Shown here piece by piece: positions 1 to 13,508 of a stretch of DNA of 64,000 nucleotides (positions are counted from its first letter, which is position 1; each line of letters starts with the position of its first letter). The notes under the pieces are model-generated. The model worked only from the letters and a program-made list of their open reading frames with translations, did not search any database and had not been told where the DNA came from. The position numbers and the translations under genes are program-made. This DNA is from Vermamoeba vermiformis (lineage: Eukaryota), in assembly GCA_045837725.1 (NCBI GenBank), contig JBEWZL010000237.1:1-64000 (forward strand), read 5' to 3'.

Positions 1-150
1 TATGATTGCCATAAGCATTTAATTTAACGTTGAGGGATTGACTATTTTAAGGGTTCAGAAAAGTAAATTACATACCGTGCTCAATGCGTTTTATATTATT
101 ATTTTATTTCTATCACTTACAAAACTTTGGCCATTAACGAATTTAAGATT

Positions 151-3100
151 TTAAGGCAAGAACATCTGAGTTGCGTTAAAGAGCTGGCTGGCAGGGAAGT
201 TAGCAGCGTTAGGCAAGACTTCTGCCAGTTGAGCCGGAGTCACGCCGAACCACTCAGCAATGCCCTTCCAGACAGCTTCGAATGGCGTTGTAGGGATCAA
301 TCGACCGCGACCGAGACTGAGCTCGCCTTCGTCAGTAAGAGTGGTAGGATATTGGCCTAAGATACGACCGCCATTGACCTTGCCACCGGCGACAAAGTGG
401 TTGCCTCCCCATGCGTGGTCAGTGCCTTTACCGTTGCTCGCTAGAGTGCGTGCAAAGTCAGAGGCCGAGATGACCACCACATCGTCCCAGCGACCTTGGG
501 CCTTCATCTCTTGAGCGAACTTGCCAAGGGCCGTGTCAATAGGGCTCAACATCGGAGCTAAGTCGAAAGTGTTGTGAGTGTCAAAGCCGCCAGTTTGAGT
601 GAAAAACACGGCACGTTCAACTTTTTCTTGGACCGGCAACATCTTGATGAGTTTGGCGACTTGAGCGAATTGTTGTTCAGCGCCTGAATTTCCAAAAGTG
701 GTGCTAAGATTGGCTTTTGAGAGCATTGAACCGAGCGACTCGCTCTTGAGCAACGAGTTGAACAACGCGTCAGAATAAGTCTCGGCAAAGATCGACTCGG
801 ACACGTATTGCGTGAGGTTGTTAAGGCCGTTGCGGATTCTGGTCAAGTCGCGCATTTGAATCACACCACCAGTGGGCGAGAGGAAGTCGGCAGGAGTTGA
901 GCCTTGGACCATCTTAGTCTTGCCTGCAAAGCTGTAGATTGCTGATTTGTATGGAACTGCGTTGGTCACAACGGCGTCGGTGATACGACCAAGAATGCCT
1001 TCAGAAGAAATATCTTGCGCGTAAACATTTTGAACGCTGCGTTGCATAATGTTGTGAGCGAAAAGACTAGGCGGGACTCGCTTAGTCTTCTTGTTGTATT
1101 CGTCCTTGGTGATTGGCTCGACCATGGCACCAATGTTAGCGACAAACATGGCGTCCTTGTCAGTGTACAATTGCTTCAGTTGAGGCATGGCAGGGTGAAC
1201 TCCGAATTTACGGCAAGGTTGGCCAGCAGGCACGTCAATGGGCAGAATCGCTGTCTTGTTCAAAGCAGCGCCTTGACGTACTGTAGCGTACTCGGCGTAA
1301 TAATCTTTTCCAGTGCAGTTTGAGTGAGGCACGATCAAGCTGTAGCTGTCAAAGCCACCGATCTCAAAAATAACGACAATAGCCTTGAATCTTCGACCAC
1401 CACCGGGGACCACAGGAGGAGCTTGACGTTGAGTCGTAGTGAGCACGTTGAGAGTGTTGGTCTGGTACTCAGGACTGGCAACAATCAGCTTCACGACTTG
1501 ATTGACAGCCGTGGTCTTGTTGGCAATGGCGTTGTACTCATTGACGAGCGTGTCACGTGCCTTCTTGTTTAAACGACCAGCAGTGAGCAAAAGGTTAAGG
1601 TCGTCAACAATGCCAATAGCAGTGTTGTTTGTAGCGGGAGGTACGTAAGTCAAAGATCCGTCAATATGTTCAGGACCAATCTTGCCGCAGGATCGGCCGT
1701 AAGTATTTTGACTGACACCAAAACCACTGTCACAAGATGTCAAACCAAGATCTACCAACGAAGTAGCACCGTTAAGGAAGCCAAGGAGGTTAGGGGCGGT
1801 GGCAAGTTGTGACACGGGGCTAACGAGGCCAGCGTTGGCAATAGGACCAGCAGGGCTGTACTCGGGCAAGTAGAAACCGAACACGGAGGTTGCTCCGAAA
1901 GGTTGAACTCCGATGCGATTGATCAAGTTGTAAAGAGCGACTTCACGTTGTCTGGGTGATTTGTAGCCGAGAGATCGCATCAATTGGTAGAGCTTGATTA
2001 AGGGATCCTTCAACATGCCGTAGGTCTTGTCAGCTTCAAGAAGAGGTGTACGTGCCTCACGGTCCATCAAAATAGCGTAGACGGCGGCACCAAGGTCTCC
2101 ATACTTGCCAGTGAACTTCAGACTTCCGTAAGTGCCAGAACGGAACGCGTCAACTACGGCCTTGACGTATCTTTGTGTCGGGTTAGACGTCACTAACTGT
2201 TGAATGAGACGGTAGGCAACGAATGGAGCAGTGTTCTGGTGTTCAGACAAGTGCTCGAGCAGTGCTTCAACTTCGTACTCGGCTTGACGAGTCCACAAAG
2301 TATCCGACGTGTAGTCAGTACCAAAGTCGTTGAGTTCGCCAAGAAGAGGTGCAAAGTGTGGTGGGTTTTGGAAGGTAAAGTTGCCAATTTTGACGATCGA
2401 CTGGCGGTTGAACAAGTAACGCACACGTCCACCGACACGGAAAGGAGGCAATTGAAAGATAGCCTTATCGGAGAGTGTTCCGTTAGGATCAGTTTTCAAC
2501 AACCAAACAGTGACACCTGTCAAGTTTTGACACTCTGATCGGACGCATTGCACGTAAGTTCCAGGGTTGAAAATAGTCGGATCACTAGCACCAATCGCAA
2601 TGCGCTTGCCAATAGTATTAGCAGCTGTGCTGGGACTACTGCCGAGAGTTGCCAATGAAGCGAAAGAATACACGGCGCCAGTGCTTACAGTGAAGCTGCA
2701 AATGCAAGAGTTGCCGTTAGGAGTAACTTGACGCGTGCAACCGACGGGGCAAACGCCGCTTGCAGTGGCAACGGGATAGACATTGTTGGACCAACGCACT
2801 CTGAAGACGTTGTTCGAGTTGTTCAAGAGCAGCTTGAACTGGGCCGTGGAGGGATCAACAATGCCGATTTGACCGGAAGGATAAACTTGGATCTGCACAT
2901 TGCAAGTGCCCGAAGTCCACATATAAACATTGCTGGCGCACGACACGGCGAAACTTGCAGCGTCAGTCAGATTGCTCGAGCACACGCTGAGGCCAAGAGC
3001 AGTGCAACGCTTAGCAGCGGTAGCGTAGTCAGTCACTTCGTTGGCAAACAAACACTCAGAAGTGTAGTTTGAAGCAGCACGAGTGAGAGAAGTAGGCTTG

Positions 3101-6100
3101 CAGCAAACAGGTGCAGCAACAAGTTGAGCAGCGTTAGCGCACTGAGCTCTTGTGCTGGCACGTTTGAGAAGTTGACCAGAGTTAAAGAACGTCAATCTGA
3201 CGCAAGCGGGAGGCACGTAAGAGTAGTATTTGGTCACGTTGGCAACAGGATCGACTACCTTAACGCTGAGGATGCGATCGGTATTACACTCTTGAGTACC
3301 TTTGCAGCCAAGATTGCTGGTCAAAGTCACTCGAAGAGGGAAGGTGCAGGCGCCTTTGTTAGTCGCTGAAGGTGCGCAAAGGACTTTGTGCAGCGCTGAG
3401 ACGTTGGGGGTCGGTGTGAAACGACCGCGCAAACCAACAGGACCGACTTCTTGATCGAGAAGATCGCCTTCAACGGAGAAATCTCCGGTGTATTCGTAAC
3501 GAGCTCCTTTCCTCAAGAACGATTGAGGAGGAAGTTCATCGCAGAGAGGGTACTGGTCACCAATGAAGCCAGAGTCGAGTTTAGCTTTAGGCAAACGATC
3601 GCGCCATTGCGGTCTAATTTGCATGGGATCGACGTAGTTGGGAGGAGTGCCAAACTGGGCCTCTTCCATACCAGTGTTGGTGCGATAACGTTGACGGTCA
3701 AAACCAGTCCAGATACGTGCAAAGTCCAAAATATCGGCGTTAGTATAGGCCTCAATAGGGTTGCCCGATGCGTCCAATGTGCGAGTGCCATCGTCGTTGA
3801 GCTTCCAAAGACCAATGCTGTAAAGTTGCATAATTTCACGGGCGTAGTTTTCATCGGGATAAGAGCCTTGGACAGCATAGGCCTTATTTCCCGTGTAAGT
3901 CAAGTAGTATCCCATCAGTGGGTGATAAGACACGTCACGGAGAATGTTGATAAAGTTGCCAAAAGAATTTCGGACAAACGAGTCGTAGTAGCTAGTCCAA
4001 CCATCAGGATGATCTGCAAAGCCAACGTCCATGCTAATCGTGAAGATGTTGGCCAAAGACCAAGCCATGCGCTGACGAAGCTGGTCAACGCTGTTCAAAG
4101 CGATGTTTTCCAAGACGAAGATTGGATCGTTGCTTGAGGGGATAGGATGGTCCAAGGATTCAAGGCTCTTAGTCTTGGCTGAGTTGCTGTACACTGCGTA
4201 GTGGTAGCCCAATTCAGGTGTTGTGCTGGCCTCAGAAGGTGAGCCACAAACTTCTACGCCACCGACATCGGCAGAGGTTGTGCGCAAGGCACCAACAAGT
4301 GCGGCCATTTCTTCAGTCTGCAACTCGCTGGCCAAGTCAAGGAATGGAACACTGTCTCCTAAGCGACCAATCACAGGAATGTTTGATTGACGGAGGTAAA
4401 AGCGTGACATCGGGTGACTGGCGGGGAATTTCAAGTACACGAGGCCTTGGACTGCCCAGTTAGCAATAGGATTGGGTCTGTTAATAATGATACGAAATCA
4501 GTCTTGAGTTCAGTGAAACGACAACTTAAGAAATATCTGTGACAGACGTCAAACGTGACACGTGTCATGAAGCAAATCTTATTGATTCGAATCTTTACCT
4601 TCCGCCTTGCATGGCAACTGGATTACCATCGTGGATCTCGACCCAACGGGTGAAGTCGCGAACGCTATAAAGAGCAGGATGCACGTGTTGGAAGCATTGA
4701 GTGCCGACTTGAACTTGAGCACCAATAGAACTAGCGTTAGAGTTGCAGTTAGCTCCCGACACGGTGATGTCGACGACGTAAGGATTGGTGTCAGTAGAAG
4801 CACGGAGGGCGTTGGTGATGGTAGTGAGTGTAGTGGTGTCCAATGCAGTAGGAGCAGGGCACGTGATAGCGCCAAGTCGTCTCCAACGGGATACACCGCT
4901 CTTGCAAGGAGAAACATTGTACGGATCTTCCAATCTCAGATCGGTAACGTAGTAGATGTATCGAGTATTTTTAGTGTACCTGCATAAATAAGGATTAGTG
5001 TACATGCGTGGCATTGATTATTCACTCTAAAGCAGAGAAATTTGTTATTGCCTTTTTAGGAAACGGACTAATATAGCGATTTATAGGTATCAATCCGTGC
5101 AAATTGGGCAAAAAAGGATTTTGAGACAAAATCTAACTTACCAAGCACGAAGGATAGTTTCGTTGAGCGGTACCAAAGCGGATTTGAACGACAAAGCTGG
5201 AGAGCAGCCTGAACGGCGCACGCAGTAGTCACGATTCTGGTAGGTCTTGGCAATAATAGGGCATTGGCCTTCGAATGATAGTCCAACGGCAGCTGGGTTC
5301 TCCAGGGTATTTTCAACGAATCGGATGCGTTGGTCAAAGCGGTACGTGTTGGTGCCTTGCTTGATGTATGAGTTTCCAGCAGCATCAGAAGCATTACGAC
5401 AAGCCACTAAGCGCCATTTGAGGACATAAGCACCATTACGGGCACCTACAACAGGGACCAGCAATGCGTCGTTATCTCCAATAGTTTGAACGGCGTTGTT
5501 GGTGCTACTAAATTCAATAGCGGGGTTAATCCAGTTCGTAGTGCAATTAACGGTGCCATTGACGAAGGACAGAGAGATAGTTCCGTTGATCTCTTCGTTG
5601 ATGTTGCAGAAGTACAAAGAGGCAGGGAAGGTGAGAGTACCAGGGTACGGTTGATTCAAGAAGGTCGTGACTTCGCCTCGAAGTGCTCCGTCAACAGTTA
5701 ATAAGAAGTGCTTAGTTGTTGCATTCAACGTAACAACAAGCTTCTTGTATTTGTCGCGGACATCAAAAGCGTATCTTGCCCAGCGTGAGCCAATGTCACA
5801 AGGCTCTACCAATTGTCCGGCAGCATATTCACCAGGGCGAGCGTTAGCGCGTTGTCTGTAGTAAGCACGAGTGAGAGTCGGGGTCAAACGCATCTGATCC
5901 AGAATCCAGTTGCTGTAGTTAGTGCCATAAGCAGTTACTACGCGTTGAAGCTCGGCTTTAGTAGCACCAAAAGTAGCTTGGCTATGAAGACGGGCTGCAA
6001 GTTCCAACGGAGTTACATCCACAAGTTCTTCCGGCACGGCCACGGCTTGCACGCTGAGAGCGGATGCAGTGGTGATCGAGCACGTGTTGTCAGCATCGCA

Positions 6101-6452
6101 CGTGATGTTAGCAATATCACTGCTTTCCATGCCTGTTACTGGCTCCCAAGGGTTGCCATCGTAGCTGCGAGCAACAACCACATGAATTCCGTCCTCATCC
6201 ACAACTTCGGCGACGAGAATTTCGCCGCTGTTGCTGCGAGGAAGAATGTGAGGCTCTTCTGAAGGGATGTTAGTGAGTATTTAGCGAGAAAAAGAATATT
6301 AATTGCGTACCAATAATACCGTTGTTGGATTCGGCGAGAAGCGGTTGCGTTAACAAAACGCCTAATAGAACGGCAGCTACTGCAACAACGAAGATGGCTC
6401 CGGATACTAATATGAGCACCTTCTTCTTGCGTGGAGACATTGGTGTAGTCAT
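151..6452 (-). CDS. Type II membrane-anchored DUF1800-DUF1501 fusion protein (4 exons: 6452-6311, 6258-5142, 4979-4599, 4477-151)
   Basis: GT-AG introns join the ORFs in frame. N-terminal TM (VLILVSGAIFVVAVAAVLLGVLL). DUF1800 motifs ARLHSQATFG, DQLRQRMAWSL, PDENYAREIMQLYSIGL, HQNTAPFVAYRLIQQLVTSNP. DUF1501 motifs GGFDSYSLIVP, LFAHN, GGFDTH, SDFARTL, GTDHAWGGN. Confidence 0.9.
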
Positions 6453-8253
6453 CTTGCGTGCTCTACAACAAAGAGTTAAGCTTCAAAAGAAATGCCATAA
6501 AATTACGTTGCAATTTATCGTTTACCGAATAATATCAGAAAGATTCTTGCAGTGGAATCTTCAAAATCATTGCCACGAGATGAATTCTGAATCAAGCGAG
6601 AAGGTTTGCAGAGCTCACGACGATGGTCGCTAAACAACGATCTACGAGGATTTGTAGCAACAATCTCGCAAGTAGAGAGAACTTCAGACTGGTATCGCGT
6701 GAAGATGATTGCAACTGACACCATTTTGCCAATTATGGAGTTTGCTGTCATAAATCAGTATCGCACTGACTTGTCAACTTGTACATTAAAGCGATGCTTT
6801 CTGAATTTTCGGGAGTATTTAAGGAATAAGTGAGGTGTTGGATCACATCAGAACGTAATTAATTGTGCGATCAGCTATTTTTTGAAAATTAAAATATTTG
6901 TTGGAAAAATTTCTGCGGTCATTGAAATAATTGCAATAAATCAAGCAAAATTAACCACATAAATTTAATAAGCTTGAAGTCTTGGCCTACCTGCAATAAA
7001 CTGACGTGAACGATGTCTGACGGATGGATATTGTCACGGTCATGCTTACTTTAATATTGTCTTACCAAACTGTATTTTTTAAGCTCAAAAATAAATTTGT
7101 TTTGGGGTTATACCTATCATGACAGATGTCTTGTCCACTAATTGAAATCTGTCAACAATCGGTAAACCTCGATTGACCCAATCACAGATACAATAAGTCA
7201 AGAATATTTCCATAATTTAATTGATCCGAGTTTAATCCGTTGTGTTCGGTATTCAAATTTTACACACACAAAATCTTCTAGAGGAACTCTACTCGCTTGT
7301 GAACTGCGATATTATCACTGCTAGTAAATTACGTAAAGCGAATATTTTATAGCTACTAAAAGTGGTACAATTAAACTAGCGAAGGAAGTGATGAGAATGC
7401 GGCGCTCACGTGGCAAGGAATAGGTCGGGTGAAAGGAAGCATTCAAAAGGAGGCTGGGCTCAAGGAATGGGGATGTGAGCCACATTTGTTGTCGAATGGA
7501 TGTCCTAGTTGCAACCAGCTTGTCTTGTATCCCGGCTACACTGCAGTGTTGATTGAGCACACAGAGCACCACAGTCAGCTTCTGGGTTCTCCACTGAGAA
7601 TATCTCCGCTGAGTCATTAACAGGATCGTCATAAGAGCGTAGCGCCATGGTGTACTGGTCACGATCTCGGTCATTAGATCAATTTTAATCGACGAACTTT
7701 GTTTCTTTTGCGTTTACTGCGCCTCTTAGGGCCAGGGGCAGCAGATTCTTGATCACCTTTCGCAGCCTTCTTCTTCAGGCGATTGTAGAAATACCAACGG
7801 GCTCTAGATTCTCTTGCAAGTTCTTTGTTCGCTTCCTGGGCCCAAGAGAGTCAAGAAAAGACCCGCAAAGTACTACAAATGTTCTATTATTTTAATAGTA
7901 ATATTTCCTTGACTATTATTTTTCAGTGCTGTACTGTCTGATTTTTCCTGATCCGTTGTTGAGGTTGTTTTTTGCTCTGTATCAAATGATATTAATTTCC
8001 TGTAGTATTATGTATAATTTATTTATATTAACTATTTTTTTAAAACTTACGGCTTGCAGTACGAGTGCTGGTCCGCGAGGATCGGCTAGAATCTGGTGTT
8101 GGGTTTGTCTGCCTCGCATGCGCTGTATTTTTTATTCTAACCATTATTGAAATGGCTGCTTTTGGTGCTCTATTGGGCGCACAAGCAAAATTGGAAGGAC
8201 GGTTCGACGGTGGATCTTTTTGCGACACGACCTACAAACGCAAACACACAACA

Positions 8254-11229
8254 ATGTCCAAGAAGTTGACTTTGAATCCTAACGCCTCTGAGTTCGTCCC
8301 TGGCTCTGTAAGTATAACTGACAACTACGTCGACGAGCCTGTTTAAGATCCACAACGCATCTCGATCGAATCTAATCGCTGCTGCTATTATTTTAGTTCG
8401 GCGCTCCTACTACCCCCACACCTACCCCTGCCCCTCCTAAACCCGAGCCTACTAAGGAGTCATGGGAAGATAATGTCGATCAAAAGAACGATCAACCTGC
8501 TGCCCAACCCAAGGCTGAAACTAAGCCAGCAGAGAAGCCCGAAGTTAAAGAGACATCTATTGACGATAAAGACGATGATGACAGACCTTTGACTGCTGAG
8601 GGTAAGCACATTCAGAATTTTTATTGAATTAGTATTTGCAACAGAAATTAATTTAGCATTTAAACCGATACAAAATGCTACATAATAATTGTATGCTGCA
8701 CTTTGATGGCGTTATTAATTTATTTAACTGTTTTTAAAAATTTATTTTCGATCGAATCCAAGTATTGCATGGCCACCGTCCCTCCAATATCAATTAATAT
8801 ATGAATGCAAATTAACGCTAAATATATTTTGAACGTAAAAGTTCTTAATTTGTACGTCCCCTCGTGGATAATTCAGATCTCGATCACGGATGAAGTAACC
8901 GTTTTATTAACGTTAATTATCATAGAACTTAAGGAGCTCGAACGATTGAAGATTGAAGAAGGATTAGAGAAGGGCGACGGTGAAATCGTCTTCAAGGAAG
9001 AAGTTATTGACGATCCTCGTGAACACTTGAACATCGTTTTCATTGGTCACGTCGGTAAGTGTCAATTTTCAGCCTATAATTCATAACAATCGCTAATATA
9101 ATATTATGGAACAGACGCTGGCAAATCAACTGTTTGCGGTAACATTTTGTAAGTTTATTTGAAACGCTGGATTTGCACGAAGATTTTTGAAACAATTGTG
9201 GCTAATATGATACAATAGGGTACAAACTGGTCAAGTCGACGAGAGAACAATTCAAAAATACGAAAAGGAGGCAAAGGAAAATAACAGAGGCAGCTGGTTC
9301 TTCGCTTACATTATGGATATTAACGACGAAGAAAGAGCAAAGGTACGATAATAATATCAATATTATAGCGAGTACACAATAATAATAATAATAATACCAT
9401 TGTAGGGTAAAACCGTCGAAGTCGGTCGCGCTCAATTCGAAACTGAGAAAAAACGATACACTATTCTGGATGCACCCGGTCACAAGAACTACGTGCCCAA
9501 CATGTTGATGGGTGTCGCTCAAGCTGACGTTGGTGTGTTGATTATCTCCGCTAAGAAGGGAGAATTCGAGTCTGGTTTCGACAAGAACGGTCAGACCCGT
9601 GAACACGCCATCTTGGCCAAGACTTTGGGCTTGAAGAAATTGATCGTCGCTATTAACAAGGTCGACGAACCCACCGTCAACTACGATAAAGCAAGGTACG
9701 TAGATTTTAAACGAACTGCAACGAAAGAAAACCAGATCCCGCGTTATATTATTTTACGATGATGTTTAGATGACGAGACTGAAAATTAACAAAAATGTTG
9801 ATTAAATTTGGCCTGAGCAAAATAATATAACGACAATAGATATGATACCTCGAACGACTCTATCTATCCCATAATACTTACGCATGTTGTTTTAGATACG
9901 ACGAAATTGTCAGCAAGATTACCCCGTTCTTGAAACAATTCGGTTACAATATGAAAGACGTTACATTCTTGCCCATGTCAGGCTACGCGGGACAAAATAT
10001 TCTTCAAAAGTTCCCGACTGGCGTGTGCAGCTGGTACCAGTAAGTCAATCGTACCAAAGTCGGATCCAAAAACAGCACTTTTACAAAGTTGTCGATACTC
10101 ACATTATCGATGATTTCACGTTCGTGCTAATATTCTTTTTTTTTGCTTACTGAATTATTTTTTTAATGACGTAATTTCAGAGGCGAATCTTTGATCGGTA
10201 CTTTGGACGCTATGGATCCAATTGAAAGAAACGAAACTACCCCATTGAGAGTTCCCGTTCTCGATAAATTCAAGGAACGAGGTGTTTTATTCGTTATGGG
10301 CAAGGTTGAGTCCGGTACTGTCAAGCGTGGCGATACCTGCGTGTTGATGCCTGGCAGAGTAAGTACAGTGCAATTAATATTACTGGTAGTGCGAAACTAA
10401 TTTATAACGGTAGATCCCCGTTGAAGTTTTATCTTTATCCAACGATAAAGCCAACTTGTCACACGCCAAGCCCGGTGAGAACATCAGAATTGGCTTGAAA
10501 GGAGGTACGTCTAACATGCAAGTTACACTGGACAAAGTCTAACCATAATCGTGCAGTCGAAGAAGATCATGTCCACAGAGGCTTCGTGTTGTGCGCGAAG
10601 GAATCACCTGTTCACGTCGTATCTGAATTCGTTGCTCAAGTCGTATTCATGGAACTCTTATCACACAAGTCTTTGTTCACAGCTGGTTATCAAGTAAGTA
10701 CCAGCGATCAAAACAAGCACGGCAGCCTAGTCGTAGTCTTGCCTTCGGGATTTTGCCGGCGGCTTCTTCGTAAATCAACAAATGACAACATGGCCGAGTG
10801 GTTAAGGCGAAGCACTCGATCAATCGATTTGTTTATTTACGCTTCATTATCCTTGTTTTTTTTTTTTGCATTGCCCCAGCTAACTTTTTGATTAGGCTGT
10901 TATTCATATGCACACCGCTGTTGAAGAAATTACTTGCGTGGTACGTTTAGAGATTTCTGTCTATGCGGATTTGTTCTGATCTTTATTTTAAGCGCGTGCT
11001 TGCTGAATTGGATAAGAAGACTGGTCAAGTAGATAAGAAACTGCCCAAGTTTGTCAATAGTAAGAGTTTGGCTGTCATTCACTTCCAATTGGCCAAGGAC
11101 GTCTGCATGGAGGCCTTCAGTGACATCCAACAATTGGGTCGCTTCACTTTGCGAGACGAAGGCAAGACTATTGCTTTCGGTAAAGTTTTGTACATTGGTC
11201 CTCCTAAGAAGAAGAGCGCTGCTAAATAA
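8254..11229 (+). CDS. SUP35: Eukaryotic peptide chain release factor GTP-binding subunit eRF3 (multi-exon)
   Basis: N-terminal PAM2 motif LNPNASEFVP; REHLNIVFIGHVDAGKST; LDAPGHKNYVPNM; GQTREH; AINKVD; LGRFTLRDEGKTIAFGKV. Confidence 0.95.
9752..9822 (+). ncRNA. Intronic box C/D snoRNA, snR75/SNORD15-like D' guide (LSU rRNA, yeast Gm2288 equivalent)
   Basis: In eRF3 intron 9696-9895: C box ATGATGT (9759), guide TTAGATGACGAG complementary to conserved LSU rRNA CUCGUCAUCUAA, D' CTGA (9779), C' ATGTTGA (9795), D CTGA (9813), imperfect terminal stem TTTTAC/GCAAAA. D'+5 falls on the G. Confidence 0.85.
10784..10820 (+). pseudogene. 5' half of tRNA-Ser(CGA) inside an eRF3 intron; no 3' half
   Basis: GACAACA TG GCCGAGTGGTTAAGGC G AAGCA CT CGA gives acceptor 5' strand, Ser-type D arm and anticodon 5' stem/loop. 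No T-arm or 3' acceptor strand follows. Confidence 0.7.
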
Positions 11230-11637
11230 GGTGATCCGTTTTCAAGGTAGATTCACATCTTGATCGTTTAATAATCACCGAGATTCTTTGGCTAGTAATT
11301 TGCTAAAGAATGCGAAATAAATTTCTTTTATCTAATCGGACGCTTTGTTCTCTTTGCTAACGTGGCAGATTCTGGATCAACCATTTTTTTTCAATTCAAT
11401 GTCGCGAAAGTTGGACGTCTGTACACGGAAGTATTACAGCTCCCTCCGGTCATGGCTTCTTTCTCGCTTTCCTAATTTAGAAAGTCCGTGCCGTCGCCGA
11501 AATCTACCTTGAAGAACGGCGAATGGAAGCTTGGTCGGAGTAAATATTTAAAGCTTCAGATTCGAATTAATTATTCATTAACAAAACAACTAACAACAAA
11601 TAACAACAAGTTTTTACTATTTTAATCAAGCAACAAA

Positions 11638-12533
11638 ATGTCATTGAAAGGAAAGATCGCGCTCGTCACCGGTGCTTCAAGAGGTATTGGAGCTGCTATT
11701 GCACTTGCTCTTGCTAAAGAAGGAGCTGATATCGCTATTACTTATGTCAGCAAGCCTGAAGCTGCTCAAAAGGTAAGCTTAGATGCGATCTTCTGCCATT
11801 CCTTATCCTGACTTACTTATTCATTGCTATTCTATTCTCACTAATAGACCGTAGAAGAAGCCAAAAAGCTTGGAGTTCGTGCCATTTTCATTCAAAACGA
11901 TGTCAGAAAAGTCGATACTCATCAAAGCTTGGTCGATCAAGTCGTCAAAGAATATGGTCGTATTGATATCCTCGTCAACAACGCCGGTGTTATCTCGCCT
12001 GCCAATTTGACCACAGTAACCAGCGAAGAGTTCGATAGAGTCTTTGAGACCAATGCTAAGGTACATTACATTTCTTTCGGATCACATTAAGAGACGTTCT
12101 TAATCTATTATTAATAGCGACTGACTTAATATATATTTAGGCACCGTTATTCTTAATTCAAAAGGCTGTTCCTCATATCCCTTCGGGCGGTTCAATTATC
12201 AACGTCGGATCTGCCGCTACAAAGGCCAACGGAGCTGCGACTGCCCCAATCTACGCAGCCTCCAAATTCGCTGCTACCGCTTGGGCTATTGTTTTGGCGA
12301 AGGAGCTCGGTGCTAAGGGCATTCGCATCAATACCATTGCTCCTGGATTCACCAACACCGATATGCTTCCTGAAGCCGCCAAGGAGATCGCGAAGAAGAG
12401 CTCTGTATTTGGGCGATTAGGCGAAGCTGAAGATATAGCCAATATTGTATCTTATCTCGCTGACTCGAAGAAGAGCGGATGGGTCACTGGTCAGCACTTG
12501 GATGCTTCTGGTGGTGGTATCTTGCAATTCTAA
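11638..12533 (+). CDS. Classical short-chain dehydrogenase/reductase, FabG-like, copy 1 (3 exons)
   Basis: TGASRGIG, LVNNAG, INVGS, YAASK, GIRINTIAPG, WVTGQHLDASGG. Confidence 0.92.
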
Positions 12534-13508
12534 AGCAACATATAGTTAATACTGAATATCGACACTGACCAGAGCAATTTGTAAATAAAACGGCAATTAG
12601 TCATTCAATTTCAGTTTGGCGGTATCAACGAAACAATTTGGACGATTATTTTATAATAATTTCAAATTAGTCATGGCAATATAACAATAACGTAATGTTA
12701 TGATGGGCAGTCTGGACGACAAAGCAGTTCCATTGCAATCAAAATCAGTTTAATTCAGATGCACTTTCTATTGGCCTCACAGAACGTCAATAATAATACT
12801 ATTATTATTAATGCTGCCTTATTAAAATACGGAGTACGTTATGGACACTCAGGTGCGTGAATAACGATACAGTTGAATTTAAAATTTACAACAAAAATTC
12901 ATTTAAAAATACAATCTTACGCTGCTGTGATCGCGGACGGTGTCTCGTGTTCAATGCAATAATAGGCAATTTTTGGCGCAATACAATAATTATTCGCTCA
13001 TCGATCGTCCAGGTGGCGTTGTTGGGTTGGATCCAGACTACAAGCGGAACAGAACATTAATTCAAACCGCTGAGGTATCACGACCCTCGCAGCTAAAACT
13101 GGGCGTTTAAACGCAAGCTATTCGATCGAAAAACAACAGAGCTTCGAAATTTTACCTACTCCTGTAAACTACCAAGGCCGAACGAGTATCAATAAGAAAG
13201 TTGGTGGCCATAACGTGATCAATGCCAAATGGTATGAGGCGAGGAAAGATTATGATAAACAAAGATGCCGAGGAGCGTCCTGATAGGGTTGACAAGAGGA
13301 TCTCTTTGAAGAGACTAAATCTGACGAATGTCTTCAATTACGAATGGAATTCAAGCGGTATGATTACGTATGAGTACTTATCCATCGATTTTAAATCTTA
13401 AATTTTCGAGTTTATGATAAATTTGACACGCGTGTCAAAATTTTAAGTGCCGTTTTAAGTCTTGAAAAAAACCATTAGTTATTATAATTTAACTACTTCT
13501 GCAGCAAC

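Noticed and set aside
127-6262. Numerous plus-strand ORFs overlapping the DUF1800/DUF1501 gene
   Set aside because: Antisense shadows of a codon-biased gene; no motifs.
7321-8144. Possible minus-strand gene or remnant divergent from eRF3 (basic KKKAAK..KRRSKRKR segment)
   Set aside because: Splice-like signals exist, but frames contain stops and no domain is recognisable; no model can be supported.
10109-10153. Second possible C/D snoRNA (GATGATT...CTGA) in an eRF3 intron
   Set aside because: Only about 45 nt, overlaps the polypyrimidine tract, and no target could be assigned.
12850-13370. Coding-like, less AT-rich patch between SDR copy 1 and the Kelch gene
   Set aside because: Fragmented frames with no recognisable homology; at most a decayed gene.
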